Origin: a bacterium
Lineage (GTDB): Bacteria > Zhuqueibacterota > Zhuqueibacteria > Zhuqueibacterales > Zhuqueibacteraceae
NCBI GenBank assembly: GCA_044869275.1
Contig: JBIOXB010000004.1
Location: 1-53,727, forward strand
DNA length: 53,727 nucleotides
Direction of reading: 5' to 3'
The number at the start of each line of letters is the position of its first letter. Position 1 is the stretch's first letter. Under the pieces are notes generated by a model, which made no database searches, was not told the DNA's origin, and saw only the letters and a program-made list of their open reading frames with translations. Both the position numbers and the translations under genes were made by a program. Of this stretch, positions 39,622 through 49,450 are shown piece after piece.

Positions 39622-40383
39622 GGCATTCTCCTCATTCAGGATGGACAATTACTTGAGTCGGTCACACTTAAAACCACTGCAGAGCTCGCTGAGCGTGTTT
39701 GTTTTTGAATTCTCGGCGATCTCCGCACACTTAGCAGTTCCTTTGACTTGGCCAAGCCCAAAAAATTCAGGCAACACCGCTACGATTGCCGAAGATGGGC
39801 AAGTTGATAACAGGCTCGGCAAATCGCGCCAGTGAGATATTTCCCATGGGATGAAATATCAAAAAAGGCTCTCCACCAAGCCCCACCCCAGTGCTCTCAC
39901 CGGCCGGCAAGAATCTAGATGACGCTTCTATGACTTGTGAATTTTCTCAAACGTTCAAGACTTTCGTCCGAATGGTTGCTACCCGCGACCTTCTTTCCCT
40001 CTGCATTCTCATTTCGCGGATACGTATTCCCGCCACTTTTTCGGGATCGCGCCATTTTCGATTGGGTCGGTCATTTGTTACAAGAATTTCACTTGCCTAT
40101 GATGAATACATTTGCTAAGCACTTCACGTTTATCAAACCCGACTCTTCGACGACATTAAGGTAAATCGTCTTGCCCGCACTGCATGCGCTGCTCGAATTC
40201 TATTCCATCTCTCATACCATGCACGCCCGAATCGAATCTTATCGTTTAGCAAAGCAGAGGGTTAAAGGAAGCGCGAAATGGCATCGCTTCCGCCCTCCAT
40301 AGTTCGATTGCTGCACATTTCCATGAAATGGTTGGCATCAGGATAATCATGCTTTTCACAATGGTCATAAGGAGAATCGATTT

Positions 40384-42681
40384 ATGAAAAAGATCATTGT
40401 TCTGCTCAGCGTCATGACGGTCCTCATACTGTCACCTGCCCATGCGAGCATCACCCAGGATGCCGCCCAAACCAAGTCGCTAAAAAAGCTGGAAGCGGCT
40501 TCTAAAGAAGTCGTTAAAATCGAGTTTGATCAGCGCGCCAACATTCCCCGGTTTGTGAATTTGCGCGTACCTATTTCCGGACCATTAACACCCGAAGCGT
40601 CGTCCTATCAATTTTTTGAAGAGTATAAGGCACTCTTCAAAATGTCCGATCCGGCTAAAGAGCTCGCGGTGAAAAACGTCCTGACGGATCATCTTGGCAT
40701 GACGCACGTCAGGATGCGCCAAATTGTTGACGGCATTCCCGTTTTCGGTCGCGAGGTGATTGTTCATATCAATAGAAATCACGAAATTCAGGCCATTAAC
40801 GGTGAATTTTTCCCAGGAGTAAAGGTTGAAAGCACTGCCCCATCCATTAGTTCAGGCATTGCCATCTCCGCAGCGCAATCGGATATCGGCCCCGCAGTTT
40901 ACCGCTGGGACACGGTGCTTGAGCAGATGTTGCCGGAAGGAAAAAGCTGGCGTCCGGCAGCTGAATTGCTGATCTATGAGCACGAAAAACAGTTTCGGCT
41001 GGTCTATGGGATCATGATCGCGATTGAGGAACCAGAACCGGCAAATTGGGTTTATTTCGTCGATGCAAAAACTGGTGAAGTCTTGCATCGCTATAATGAT
41101 TTGAAGACCGCAATTGGCAATAGCCTCTATCGGGGAGAAGTTTCGATCAACACCAACCCAGCCGGTTCGACTTTTGAGCTGAAAGACAATGCACGAAATC
41201 TCTGGACCTATGATGGCCAGAACAGGCCAACCCTTCCTGGAACTATTTTTACGGATGCGGATGACATTTGGGGAGATGGCACAAAATCCAACAGCCAGAG
41301 TGCTGCGGTGGATGCCCATTGGGGAGCAGCGGTGACTTATGATTATTATCTGAACACCCACGGTAGAAATAGTCTCGATGGCAATGGTCTGAGAATTACC
41401 TCGACGGTTCATCACAGAAGAGACTATGTCAATGCGTTTTGGAATGGCCAACAAGTGGTCTACGGCGATGGCGATGGCGTGGAAGCCGATCCTCTCGTTG
41501 ATTTGGACGTCGTCACTCACGAGCTCACCCATGGCGTGACTCAATATTCCGCGGATTTAATTTATCAAAACCAATCCGGCGCACTCAATGAATCGGTGTC
41601 TGACGTCTTCGCCATGATTGTTGATACCGATGATTACACGATTGGCGAAGATAGTTGGACGCCTGGAACAGCAGGCGATGCATTGCGTTTCATGTACGAT
41701 CCGAATCTTGGCGGCGATCCCAAGCACATGGATGAATATGTCAATACCACTGCTGACAATGGTGGTGTACACACCAATAGCGGTATTCCGAACTTTGCAG
41801 CCTACTTGGCCACGGCCGGTGGAACGGGAAAACACGGTGACGAGGTAGACGGTATTGGTCGTGCCAAGGTAGGAGATATTTGGTATCGCGCCTTAACTGT
41901 TTATATGACGCCTTCCACGGATTTCGCCGGGGCACGTACAGCGACGGTCAATGCGGCGAGGGATCTTTACCATCCACCTGAAGTTAGGACGATCGAAGAT
42001 GCTTGGACGGCCGTTGGTGTAGTCGAACCGGCGCCACCACCACCTGATTTTACCGGCACCTTCGTGGATTTCAGCTATTCAACACCTCATCCCTATATGA
42101 ATCGCAAGACCTACAGCACCACGATTACTCATCCAGGCGCAATAGGGATGAAGGTCAGTTTCCAAAATTTCGCGACGGAAGCTGACTTTGATTTCGTGTA
42201 CATCAAAGACGGTTCCGGCACAACCGTTTGGACGTACCACGGGAGTTTGGGCAATTTTGTCTCTGGTCCTGTGAATGGCGAGACGATTACTGTCGAACTG
42301 GTCACGGACCAATTCGTGACCGACTATGGGTTTGACATAGACGGATATTATTGGAATGATCCGGCGAATCCCGGCATCACAGGTCTGACAGGCGTAGTAC
42401 CTGAAAAGTATCTGTTGGAACAAAATTATCCGAATCCGTTCAATCCCTCGACGTCAATTTCCTACCAGCTTCCGGAGGCAGCAAAAGTTACCTTGAATAT
42501 CTATGATATTTCGGGCCAGCTTGTCAAGACGCTGGTGGATGAAGAACAGCCGGCGAATTCTTATACCATCGCCTGGGATGGAACCAATGCGGCAGGCGGA
42601 AAAATTGCCAGCGGCATATACATTTATGCGCTGCGCGCCGGCGACTTCGTGCAAAAGCGCCGCATGGTCTTATTGAAATAG
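40384..42681 (+). CDS. M4 (thermolysin-like) metallopeptidase with propeptide, CUB-like domain and C-terminal sorting/FlgD-like domain
   Basis: NAFWNG, HELTH, GALNESVSD, DNGGVHTNSGIPN; C-terminal LEQNYPNPFNP. Confidence 0.93.
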   Translation: MKKIIVLLSVMTVLILSPAHASITQDAAQTKSLKKLEAASKEVVKIEFDQRANIPRFVNLRVPISGPLTPEASSYQFFEEYKALFKMSDPAKELAVKNVLTDHLGMTHVRMRQIVDGIPVFGREVIVHINRNHEIQAINGEFFPGVKVESTAPSISSGIAISAAQSDIGPAVYRWDTVLEQMLPEGKSWRPAAELLIYEHEKQFRLVYGIMIAIEEPEPANWVYFVDAKTGEVLHRYNDLKTAIGNSLYRGEVSINTNPAGSTFELKDNARNLWTYDGQNRPTLPGTIFTDADDIWGDGTKSNSQSAAVDAHWGAAVTYDYYLNTHGRNSLDGNGLRITSTVHHRRDYVNAFWNGQQVVYGDGDGVEADPLVDLDVVTHELTHGVTQYSADLIYQNQSGALNESVSDVFAMIVDTDDYTIGEDSWTPGTAGDALRFMYDPNLGGDPKHMDEYVNTTADNGGVHTNSGIPNFAAYLATAGGTGKHGDEVDGIGRAKVGDIWYRALTVYMTPSTDFAGARTATVNAARDLYHPPEVRTIEDAWTAVGVVEPAPPPPDFTGTFVDFSYSTPHPYMNRKTYSTTITHPGAIGMKVSFQNFATEADFDFVYIKDGSGTTVWTYHGSLGNFVSGPVNGETITVELVTDQFVTDYGFDIDGYYWNDPANPGITGLTGVVPEKYLLEQNYPNPFNPSTSISYQLPEAAKVTLNIYDISGQLVKTLVDEEQPANSYTIAWDGTNAAGGKIASGIYIYALRAGDFVQKRRMVLLK

Positions 42682-42747
42682 CCCAGACGGCCCCCGGCTG
42701 GAGGGTTTGAAAACAAACGGCTTGATAACGTGTGACGCCAAGATGGC

Positions 42748-42779
42748 AAAAGCCGCCAGTGTAAAACTGGCGGCTTTTT
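42748..42779 (+). terminator. Intrinsic terminator
   Basis: AAAAGCCGCCAGT-GTAAA-ACTGGCGGCTTTTT. Confidence 0.85.
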
Positions 42780-43330
42780 ATTTCTTGTCTGATGGATATC
42801 TCCGCAAGCAGAAACGACGGTAGCTGGTGTAGTGTCTCAATCTGTTTTGATCTTATCGAGTACGGCCGATGTCCAAATCATATTGACCAACGCAGAGCCA
42901 GGCATGCCATGCGCGCTGAATTCAGCTGGATTATTTTGACAGAAATTTCACTTGCCTTTGATACAGGCATTTGTTAAAACACCCCCTACTTTACCAATTG
43001 CTAAACTTCGACCTCTTGATGACATCTCTGATCCTGCTTCAACTTTTCATATTGCTTCTGCATGGGTTGGCATAGCTTTCGCAAAGATATCGATGGCTTC
43101 TTTTTATGATGCTATTGCTTACCTGAACCGTTGGCGGTGCTGCTAATTCTTATTTTGTTTGGTATCATGCACAACCGCAGCAGACCCTGTTTTTCGCAAA
43201 AGCGCAAGGTAAGACGCCGCCAGGAATGGCGTCATCTCCACCCTTTGTAGCACTGCCGGCATGTGACCGCAATTTGCATTTGCTTTGACGCTCACAACAC
43301 TACTCACCCTGTTCACGAGAAGGACAGTTT

Positions 43331-45658
43331 ATGAAAAAACTTATTACTTTTCTGAGCGTTTTGACGGGTTTTACGTTGTCTTCCCTCTTTGCGAGCAACA
43401 CCCAGAATAGCGCCCAAAGCAAGGCGCTAAAGAAGTTAGAAGCAGTGTCCAAAGAAGCCGTCAAAATCGAACTTGATCAACGCACCAATATTCCTCGTTT
43501 CGTCAATTTGCGCGTTCCTGTTTCCGGGCCTTTGACCGCCGAAGCCGCGTCTTTCAGATTTTTTGAGGACTATAAAGAACTCTTCAAAATGTCTAACCCG
43601 GTTGAAGAACTCTCGGTGAGAAATGTCCAGACGGATAATCTTGGCATGACATTCGTGAAGATGCGTCAAAGTGTTAACGGTATTTCGGTTTTTGGTCGCG
43701 AAATGGTCGTCCACCTCAACAACAATCATGAAATTTACGCCGTGAACGGCGAATTTTTCCCTGAAGTAAAAGTTGAAAGTACGGTTCCCTCCGTTAGCCC
43801 AGATCTGGCCATCGCAGCAGCCAAATCGAATATAGGCTCCGCGGTTTACCGTTGGGATACCGTCTTTGAAAAAATGTTGCCAACAGGAAAAAGCTGGACA
43901 CCAACGGCTGAATTGACGATTTACGAACATGAAAAGCAGTTTCGACTGGTTTATCAGACCATGATCGCTATTGAAGAACCAGAACCAGCCAACTGGGTGT
44001 ATTTTGTCGATGCCAAGACTGGTACAGTACTGCACCGTTATAATGATCTGAAGTCCACAGATGCGCTTGGCACCGGCAATAGCCTGTATCGGGGATCGGT
44101 TTCAATCAACACCAACCAAACGAGTCCAACCAACTTCGAAATGAAGGATAATCCGCGGAATCTGTGGACCTATGATAACAACAATCGAGGGGACCAGTCG
44201 CTTCCCGGTACCCTTTTCATCGATTCTGACAACAACTGGGGAAATGGAACAAGTTCTAACCGCCAGAGCGCTGGCGTCGATGCCCATTGGGGTGCCGCGG
44301 TTACCTATGACTATTACTCAAGTAATCACAATAGGCAGAGCGTCGACGGTAACGATTTGAGAATTACCTCATCTGTCCATTATAAGAGAAACTTGGTCAA
44401 TGCTTATTGGAATGGTGCGCAAATGCTTTACGGCGATGGGGATGGTGTGACCGCCACTCCTCTCGTTGATTTGGATGTTGTCGCACACGAGCTGACCCAC
44501 GGCGTGACGCAGTATTCCGCCAATCTGATCTACCAAAACCAATCCGGCGCGCTCAACGAATCGGTTTCCGATATTTTTGCGATGTTGATTGATCAGAATG
44601 ATTATACCATTGGTGAGGATAGCTGGCTGGCGTCACCCGGCTATTTGAGGTCGATGTCTGACCCAACACTTGCAGGCCAACCGAAGCATATGGAAGATTA
44701 CGTCAATACCACCTCAGACAACGGTGGCGTGCACACCAACAGCGGCATCCCGAACTTTGCCGCTTATTTGATGACCGCAGGTGGATCAGGCAAATACCCA
44801 ACTCCGGTCGTAGTTAGCCTTGGCCGGACAAAGGTTGGAGATATTTGGTATCTTGCCTTGACCGGGGGATACATGACCGCTTCCACAAATTTTGCCGGGG
44901 CACGCACGGCCACAGTCACTGCCGCCACAGTTCTTTATGGCGCAAGTTCCACCGAAGTTCAAGCCGTGAAAAACGCCTGGACGGCAGTTGGTGTAAACGA
45001 ACCGCCACCGCCGCCGAGTGATTTTACGGGTATCTTTGTTTCCCACAGCTATTCAACGCCTCACAGTTACAGAAACAACCGCACCTATACCCACACCATC
45101 ACGCATACGGGGGCGTTCGGGATGAAAGTGCATTTCTCGGCCTTCGCAACTGAATCTGGCTATGATTTCGTTTATATCAAAGATGGCACCGGCGCCACTG
45201 TGTATACCTACAGCGGAAGTCTGGGCGCCTTTACCTCTGGACCGGTGAATGGTGCAACAATTACCGTCCAACTCGTGACTGACCAGCTCGTAACCGATTA
45301 CGGTTTTGACATTGATGGGTATTATTACAATCCTACGGCGCCGGGTTTTGGCGGCACAGGTCTGGCCGAGGCCGTACCCGTCGAGTATGCGTTGGAGCAG
45401 AACTATCCGAATCCATTCAATCCAACGACGTCGATCTCCTATCAACTTCCGGAAGCCGCGAAGGTGAGCCTGAAGATTTATGACATTACAGGTGGGCTAG
45501 TGAGAACGCTTGTCGATGAAGAACAGGCGGCGGATTCTTACACCATCTCCTGGAATGCCACGGATCAAGCAGGCGGAAAAGTCACCAGCGGCATCTATTT
45601 TTGCGAGCTTCGTGCCGGTGGTTTTACCCAAACCCGTCGCATGGTTTTGCTGAAATAG
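43331..45658 (+). CDS. M4 metallopeptidase, tandem paralog of 40384-42681
   Basis: Same architecture and motifs (NAYWNG, HELTH, GALNES, LEQNYPNPFNP). Confidence 0.93.
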   Translation: MKKLITFLSVLTGFTLSSLFASNTQNSAQSKALKKLEAVSKEAVKIELDQRTNIPRFVNLRVPVSGPLTAEAASFRFFEDYKELFKMSNPVEELSVRNVQTDNLGMTFVKMRQSVNGISVFGREMVVHLNNNHEIYAVNGEFFPEVKVESTVPSVSPDLAIAAAKSNIGSAVYRWDTVFEKMLPTGKSWTPTAELTIYEHEKQFRLVYQTMIAIEEPEPANWVYFVDAKTGTVLHRYNDLKSTDALGTGNSLYRGSVSINTNQTSPTNFEMKDNPRNLWTYDNNNRGDQSLPGTLFIDSDNNWGNGTSSNRQSAGVDAHWGAAVTYDYYSSNHNRQSVDGNDLRITSSVHYKRNLVNAYWNGAQMLYGDGDGVTATPLVDLDVVAHELTHGVTQYSANLIYQNQSGALNESVSDIFAMLIDQNDYTIGEDSWLASPGYLRSMSDPTLAGQPKHMEDYVNTTSDNGGVHTNSGIPNFAAYLMTAGGSGKYPTPVVVSLGRTKVGDIWYLALTGGYMTASTNFAGARTATVTAATVLYGASSTEVQAVKNAWTAVGVNEPPPPPSDFTGIFVSHSYSTPHSYRNNRTYTHTITHTGAFGMKVHFSAFATESGYDFVYIKDGTGATVYTYSGSLGAFTSGPVNGATITVQLVTDQLVTDYGFDIDGYYYNPTAPGFGGTGLAEAVPVEYALEQNYPNPFNPTTSISYQLPEAAKVSLKIYDITGGLVRTLVDEEQAADSYTISWNATDQAGGKVTSGIYFCELRAGGFTQTRRMVLLK

Positions 45659-45723
45659 GCCAGACGGGGCCTGTCTGGAGAGTTTGAAAACAAACGGCTT
45701 GATAACTTGTGGGGCCAAGATGG

Positions 45724-45758
45724 AAAAAGCCGCCAGTGTAAAAAACTGGCGGCTTTTT
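45724..45758 (+). terminator. Intrinsic terminator (copy of 42748-42779)
   Basis: AAAAAGCCGCCAGT-loop-ACTGGCGGCTTTTT. Confidence 0.85.
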
Positions 45759-45898
45759 ATTTCTTGTTTGATGAATGTTTCCGCAAGCAAAAGCAACGGT
45801 AGCAAGATCCGTGATATCGGCAACTACCAGGGTATCTTGTCTCGCCAACCTTGCATAAGGACGAAGGTTTGCGCGCTTCCGACAGGACGAATTTTCTC

Positions 45899-45927
45899 TT
45901 GACATTGTCCCGGCAATCACACATATT
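45899..45927 (+). promoter_or_regulatory. Putative sigma70 promoter for the serine protease gene
   Basis: TTGACA-17 nt-CATATT about 100 bp upstream of ATG 46029. Confidence 0.5.
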
Positions 45928-46028
45928 GCCGCGATTTTTCTTATCGAAGGTCATTTACGTAAGGATAGAGAGGCGAGTCGGCATAACCCACCCTTCATTC
46001 CCTTCCCTCTAACTCACGAGGAGGCTTT

Positions 46029-47108
46029 ATGCAACATTCTTTGCGTCGTACCGCTGGGTTGGTATTTTCAATGCTGGCAGTCACTGTTCTGCTGTTATGG
46101 AGCGGCTGCGGCAAAGAATACGACAGCCCGGTTCAGCCGGAGGCCAGCCAGCAGGAGGTTGTTCTCGGCAAGGACAACCCCCAAGTTCAAGCGGTCATGG
46201 CCGTGCAGGAACGCCATACCGCAAGCCTGATGGCGAATCCCAACGTTGTTGGTACGGCTACCAGCATGACTGAAGACGGTAAACCTGCTGTTTTGGTTAT
46301 GCTGAAGTCGGAAATCAAACCCGATGCACTGTCAAAGGGCTCGGCCATTCCCGCAGCGCTCGACGGTGTTCCAGTGGTCACGTTGGTGACGGGCGAGATC
46401 AAAGCTTTGAAAGGCGGCGGTGGTTTCGATCCTACGGCCAGGCACCGGCCCGCACCGAATGGCGTTTCTTTAGGACATCCTGCCATCACGGCCGGCACGC
46501 TCGGCTGTCTGGTTACCAAGGGCAACACCATTTACATTTTGAGCAACAACCACGTGATGGCTAATCAAAACCAGGCCAACATTGGCGACAACATATTGCA
46601 GCCAGGACCATATGATGGAGGGGTAAATCCTGATGATAGAATCGCCGATCTCTCTGAGTTTGAGTTCATCGACATTTCTCCTAGTGCCAGCAATGTCATT
46701 GATGCGGCGATCGCAGATGTCGTTAATGACGCTGAGGTGACGGGAGAGACTGACCCCAATGCCGGAAGTTATGGCAAACCGAGGTCGGCCACGGTCAGTG
46801 CTGCAGTCGGTATGAGGGTGCAGAAATACGGCCGCACAACACAGCATACCCAGGGCAGGGTGCAGGCCATCAATGCTACGGTCAACATCGGCTACAGCAG
46901 CGGCACGGCACGCTTTATCGGCCAGGTCATTATTAATCCCGGTGGTTTCAGTGCCGGCGGTGATTCCGGATCGCTGATTGTGGTACGAGGAGGCAGCGAT
47001 GATCGCAAACCCGTGGGATTGTTGTTTGCTGGCAGCAGTAGCATCACCATTGCCAACCCGATTGGTAACGTATTGAGCAATTTTGGTGTTACGGTTGTCG
47101 GCGATTAA
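46029..47108 (+). CDS. Lipoprotein trypsin-like (NAL1-like) serine protease with N-terminal prodomain-like module
   Basis: Lipobox WSGC; GTLGCLV, LSNNHV (His), IDAAI (Asp), GGDSGSL (Ser), VGLLFAGS. Confidence 0.82.
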   Translation: MQHSLRRTAGLVFSMLAVTVLLLWSGCGKEYDSPVQPEASQQEVVLGKDNPQVQAVMAVQERHTASLMANPNVVGTATSMTEDGKPAVLVMLKSEIKPDALSKGSAIPAALDGVPVVTLVTGEIKALKGGGGFDPTARHRPAPNGVSLGHPAITAGTLGCLVTKGNTIYILSNNHVMANQNQANIGDNILQPGPYDGGVNPDDRIADLSEFEFIDISPSASNVIDAAIADVVNDAEVTGETDPNAGSYGKPRSATVSAAVGMRVQKYGRTTQHTQGRVQAINATVNIGYSSGTARFIGQVIINPGGFSAGGDSGSLIVVRGGSDDRKPVGLLFAGSSSITIANPIGNVLSNFGVTVVGD

Positions 47109-47257
47109 GTTACGATCTTGCTGTCGGGCCAAACCAAGCATGGATTAATGGAAAGAGCGGCTTAATCGACCTCGCGATGAAGCTGCTCTTTCATTTTAGA
47201 TGCTTGGGTGCAAGATGGCGTTTCATTGTTGTTTCAAATTGCCTCGAGCAATTTCTT

Positions 47258-47596
47258 ATGTCTGCCTACCGCAAAACATTTTTTTGTTTCATCAGCGCAC
47301 TTTTGGTTGTGTTGTTTGGAATATATTGCTCAAGAAAGGCAGGTAATCATCATCAGGGAGAGGACGTCATGTCTGAAAGGTCGATCGAAATCGTCTTGCG
47401 AGAACATACTGACGAATTGATGGCTATGTCTGGTGTGGTGGGAACCGCTCAAAGCCTTTGTGATGACAAACCCTGCATCAAAGTCTATGTAATCGCTTTG
47501 ACGCCTGAGTTGGAGCAGAAGATTCCGAAAAACATCGAAGGCTATCCGGTGGATATTGAGGTCACTGGGGAGCTCCACGCGTTGCCTAAAAAATAA
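47258..47596 (+). CDS. Small protein homologous to the N-terminal domain of the upstream protease (possible lipoprotein)
   Basis: EHTDELMAMSGVVGTA...IPKNIEGYPVDIEVTGELHAL matches RHTASLMANPNVVGTA...IPAALDGVPVVTLVTGEIKAL. Start is 47258 (signal peptide ending GIYC) or 47369. Confidence 0.75.
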   Translation: MSAYRKTFFCFISALLVVLFGIYCSRKAGNHHQGEDVMSERSIEIVLREHTDELMAMSGVVGTAQSLCDDKPCIKVYVIALTPELEQKIPKNIEGYPVDIEVTGELHALPKK

Positions 47597-47657
47597 AGTG
47601 GGTGCAAGGAAAACAAGGAGACTTCCTCCTGCCTTCCATCGGTTCGGGCGGTTGAGT

Positions 47658-49196
47658 TTACCAGCTCTGGCCGCTCTCTTCAAAATACCAATGCAAATCC
47701 CGGCGGGCAACGAGATTGATGGCCTCGGCCCACAAATCAACGGGATTCAAATCGTCGGTTAAAACCGGCACCTCGCGAGTATCGGACACAAAGCGATTAT
47801 TCCAGGCATGGGTTTGATGGTAAACCGGGGTCAACTGCTGATTTGAATCTGTGAAATCGCCTGCGATGGGCCGGTTCAACTCGATCTCACGGTTCGAAGC
47901 CAGCATGACGAGGTTGCCGATTCTTTCAGGCGGCTCATAAGTCGGCAAAGTTAACACTTGCGAGAAACTCGTTTTGAGCGTGGCTGCCAGTGATCGCGTG
48001 AGAATATGATGCCAGCCCAGCGCTTCGACATTGATCGCGAGAACTCCCTCCCGTGTCAATCGCGATGCAATCAAAGCAAAAGTTTCTGCGGTCACCAAAT
48101 GAAAAGGAATCGCACTGCTGCCAAACGCATCCAGCGCAACAATATCATAAGCTCGCTCATGCGTCATCAGATACTGGCGGCCATCCATCTGAAAGATGTT
48201 GCCTTCGGAAGAGTCCAGTCCGAAATGCTGGTGCGCCGTTGCAATCACCACTGGATCAATTTCGACGGCATCCACCTCCCAGCCTTCTCGGGCAAAGTTT
48301 TTGACTACCGACCCGCCGCCCAATCCCACGAGCAGCATTTTGCCAGGCTTTTCAAAGAACGACTTGGCCAAATCCATCACAGCGACATAAGGGAAAAGAG
48401 ATTTCCAGGTTGCCGGATCGACGATGGTATGCGTACCGCCATCGATGAGTAGATGTCGCCGCTGGTTCGATTCGAGCACACGAATCTCAGCGTACGGACT
48501 TTGTGCGATTGCTAAAAGTCCGCCCCCGAGATGGGATTGATCGCGGGAAAACAACGCATCGATCAAGAGGCCAAGCGACGATAGCAGCACCGCTCCGATT
48601 ACCGCCTGCTTTGACTTTTTGTCGAGGACAAATCCCACAGCAGCCGTGATCAACAGCACCATGCCAATGGCGAGTATCAAGCGGTTGACGCCGATATTGG
48701 GAATGAGCAGAAAACCCGTGAGTAGTGCCGAGAGCACACTGCCAATCGTCGAGAAGGCGTAGAGATTGCCAGCGGTGCGGCCCACTTCGTCGAGACGCAG
48801 GGCACAGAGGCGAATCGCGTAGGGACTGACCATCCCCAGCAGAGTCAAGGGCGGGGCGAAGAGTATGAGAGCGGCGATCAAAACAGCCGGCCGCAATCCC
48901 AAGGGCTCGGTGAGCGTTAAAATCGGGTATTTCAGCCACGGCAAGAGCAGCAACCAGGCACCCGCGAGGCCGAGCAAGCCGCACAAGCGCGAGGGCGAAG
49001 CGCCTTTATCCGCCGCGCGGCCGCCGAGCCAGTAGCCGGCGCTCAAGGCGGCCAATGTCACGGTGATCAATGCCGACCAAAGGAACAAGCTCACGCCATA
49101 AAAAGGCCCGAGGAGGCGTGTGCCCAAAATCTCAATGGCGAGCACCGCCGCTCCGGAAATGAAAACAATTGCGTAAAGATAAAAACCTGCCATCAT
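47658..49196 (-). CDS. Fused membrane domain/spermidine synthase-like SAM-dependent transferase
   Basis: N-terminal TM bundle (EILGTRLLGPFYG, GNLYAFSTIGS); LVGLGGG, VEIDPVV, DIVALDAF, PFHLVT, LTDD motifs. Confidence 0.88.
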   Translation of the reverse strand: MMAGFYLYAIVFISGAAVLAIEILGTRLLGPFYGVSLFLWSALITVTLAALSAGYWLGGRAADKGASPSRLCGLLGLAGAWLLLLPWLKYPILTLTEPLGLRPAVLIAALILFAPPLTLLGMVSPYAIRLCALRLDEVGRTAGNLYAFSTIGSVLSALLTGFLLIPNIGVNRLILAIGMVLLITAAVGFVLDKKSKQAVIGAVLLSSLGLLIDALFSRDQSHLGGGLLAIAQSPYAEIRVLESNQRRHLLIDGGTHTIVDPATWKSLFPYVAVMDLAKSFFEKPGKMLLVGLGGGSVVKNFAREGWEVDAVEIDPVVIATAHQHFGLDSSEGNIFQMDGRQYLMTHERAYDIVALDAFGSSAIPFHLVTAETFALIASRLTREGVLAINVEALGWHHILTRSLAATLKTSFSQVLTLPTYEPPERIGNLVMLASNREIELNRPIAGDFTDSNQQLTPVYHQTHAWNNRFVSDTREVPVLTDDLNPVDLWAEAINLVARRDLHWYFEESGQSW

Positions 49197-49259
49197 CTTT
49201 CTCGCTTCCCTTGGAAGCACCGCTGCACTGTTACCTTAAAAACTATACCATCTGCCCTG

Positions 49260-49442
49260 TCATTCAGTTTTTTTCTTGAGGAAGTGCAGCGGCCCATGCT
49301 GGGCGGTTTTATCCGGGCCACAGTGGGCGCAATGTTCTTCCTTCGTCTTTTTGCCGGCGCCGAATTGTTGCAGAAAAACGCGGCCCGCATAAAAGGCCGC
49401 GGCCAACGCCAGCGCAAAAACGGCCAGCTCTTGCCAATCCAT
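49260..49442 (-). CDS. Small Cys-containing membrane protein (FeoB-associated-like)
   Basis: MDWQE + TM helix + CAHCG; alternative GTG start at 49454 overlapping the upstream stop. Confidence 0.6.
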   Translation of the reverse strand: MDWQELAVFALALAAAFYAGRVFLQQFGAGKKTKEEHCAHCGPDKTAQHGPLHFLKKKTE

Positions 49443-49450
49443 GATGTTAC

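Noticed and set aside
40120..40383. Known riboswitch in the long M4 leader
   Set aside because: No recognisable consensus of c-di-GMP, c-di-AMP, SAM, TPP or cobalamin riboswitches by eye.
43066..43083. Sigma54-like GG-N10-GC site upstream of the second M4 gene (similar spacing near 40279)
   Set aside because: Imperfect -12 element and not at equivalent positions in the two paralog leaders.
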